From positions 1 to 32,813 of the forward strand of contig CAYUUU010000002.1 in NCBI GenBank assembly GCA_964448065.1: a stretch of DNA of 32,813 nt, in the 5' to 3' direction. Of the stretch, positions 32,648 to 32,813 are shown piece after piece (within the stretch, counting starts at the first letter, position 1; each line of letters begins with the position of its first letter). The stretch is from an uncultured Gammaproteobacteria bacterium (GTDB lineage Bacteria > Patescibacteriota > Microgenomatia > UBA12405). The notes beneath the pieces are model-generated. The model did not search any database. It had not been told where the DNA came from and worked only from the letters and a program-made list of their open reading frames with translations. Position numbers and translations under genes: made by a program.

Positions 32648-32813
32648 ATGGGATTAATTAAAACTCTTACTGGTCAATTTGCTAAAATTAAAGTCATCGG
32701 TGTCGGTGGCGGTGGTAACAATGCTGTCAATTCCATGATTTCCGAAGATAGTATCTTAGGTGTCGATTTTATTGCTGTTAATACCGATTCTCAGGCATTA
32801 TTAAATTCTCTAG
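32648..32813 (+). CDS. ftsZ: Cell division protein FtsZ, N-terminal part (3'-truncated by the window edge)
   Basis: The ATG at 32648 gives [54 protein letters not shown]. This carries the tubulin-signature N-terminal region GVGGGGxNAVNxM and NTDxQAL. Confidence 0.95.
   Translation, partial: MGLIKTLTGQFAKIKVIGVGGGGNNAVNSMISEDSILGVDFIAVNTDSQALLNSL

Noticed and set aside
1-32813. Search for tRNA/rRNA genes, CRISPR arrays, transposases, integrases, phage genes and toxin-antitoxin pairs.
   Set aside because: Intergenic spacers are all under 100 nt. I saw no repeat-spacer periodicity, no long inverted terminal repeats and no integrase or transposase motifs. Nothing supports such features.

Overview
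This is a visibly AT-rich bacterial fragment (roughly 30% G+C by eye, not computed) that is very gene-dense. It uses the standard genetic code, since TGA acts as a stop in three ATGA start/stop overlaps. I call 35 protein genes. 34 are on the + strand, and one 52-codon gene on the - strand is absent from the supplied ORF track. I found no rRNA, tRNA, CRISPR array or transposase. The overall style (tiny or overlapping gene junctions, a DUF4012 protein, many glycosyltransferases, minimal division proteins) resembles Candidate Phyla Radiation/Patescibacteria genomes, but that is inference only.

The window has three blocks.
(i) 1-14511 is a surface-glycan locus. It holds 8 glycosyltransferases (3 GT2, 5 GT4), a membrane-anchored hexapeptide acetyltransferase, a Wzy/O-antigen-ligase-like membrane protein, mannose-1-P guanylyltransferase, a small PglC-type phosphoglycosyl transferase and a DUF4012 protein.
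(ii) 14511-17645 holds recO, an orphan ORF, glyQS and a lipoprotein.
(iii) 17646 to the end is a division/cell-wall (dcw) cluster with clearly non-canonical content: rsmH-ftsL-ftsI-murE-[Bpt/ATE-like aminoacyl-tRNA transferase]-[Mpl-like ligase]-murA-mraY-[cytoplasmic NlpC/P60]-[LysW-like zinc-ribbon, minus strand]-[fold-type-II PLP enzyme]-[ATP-grasp ligase]-ftsW-murG-[mini FtsQ-like]-ftsA-ftsZ.

No murF, murD, murB, ddl or mraZ is present in the cluster. The best candidate for an undescribed system is the NlpC/P60 + LysW-like carrier + PLP + ATP-grasp cassette in the murD slot. The tRNA-dependent transferase-like gene between murE and the Mpl-like ligase may belong with it. All functional calls rest on motif recognition by eye, and no database search was run.
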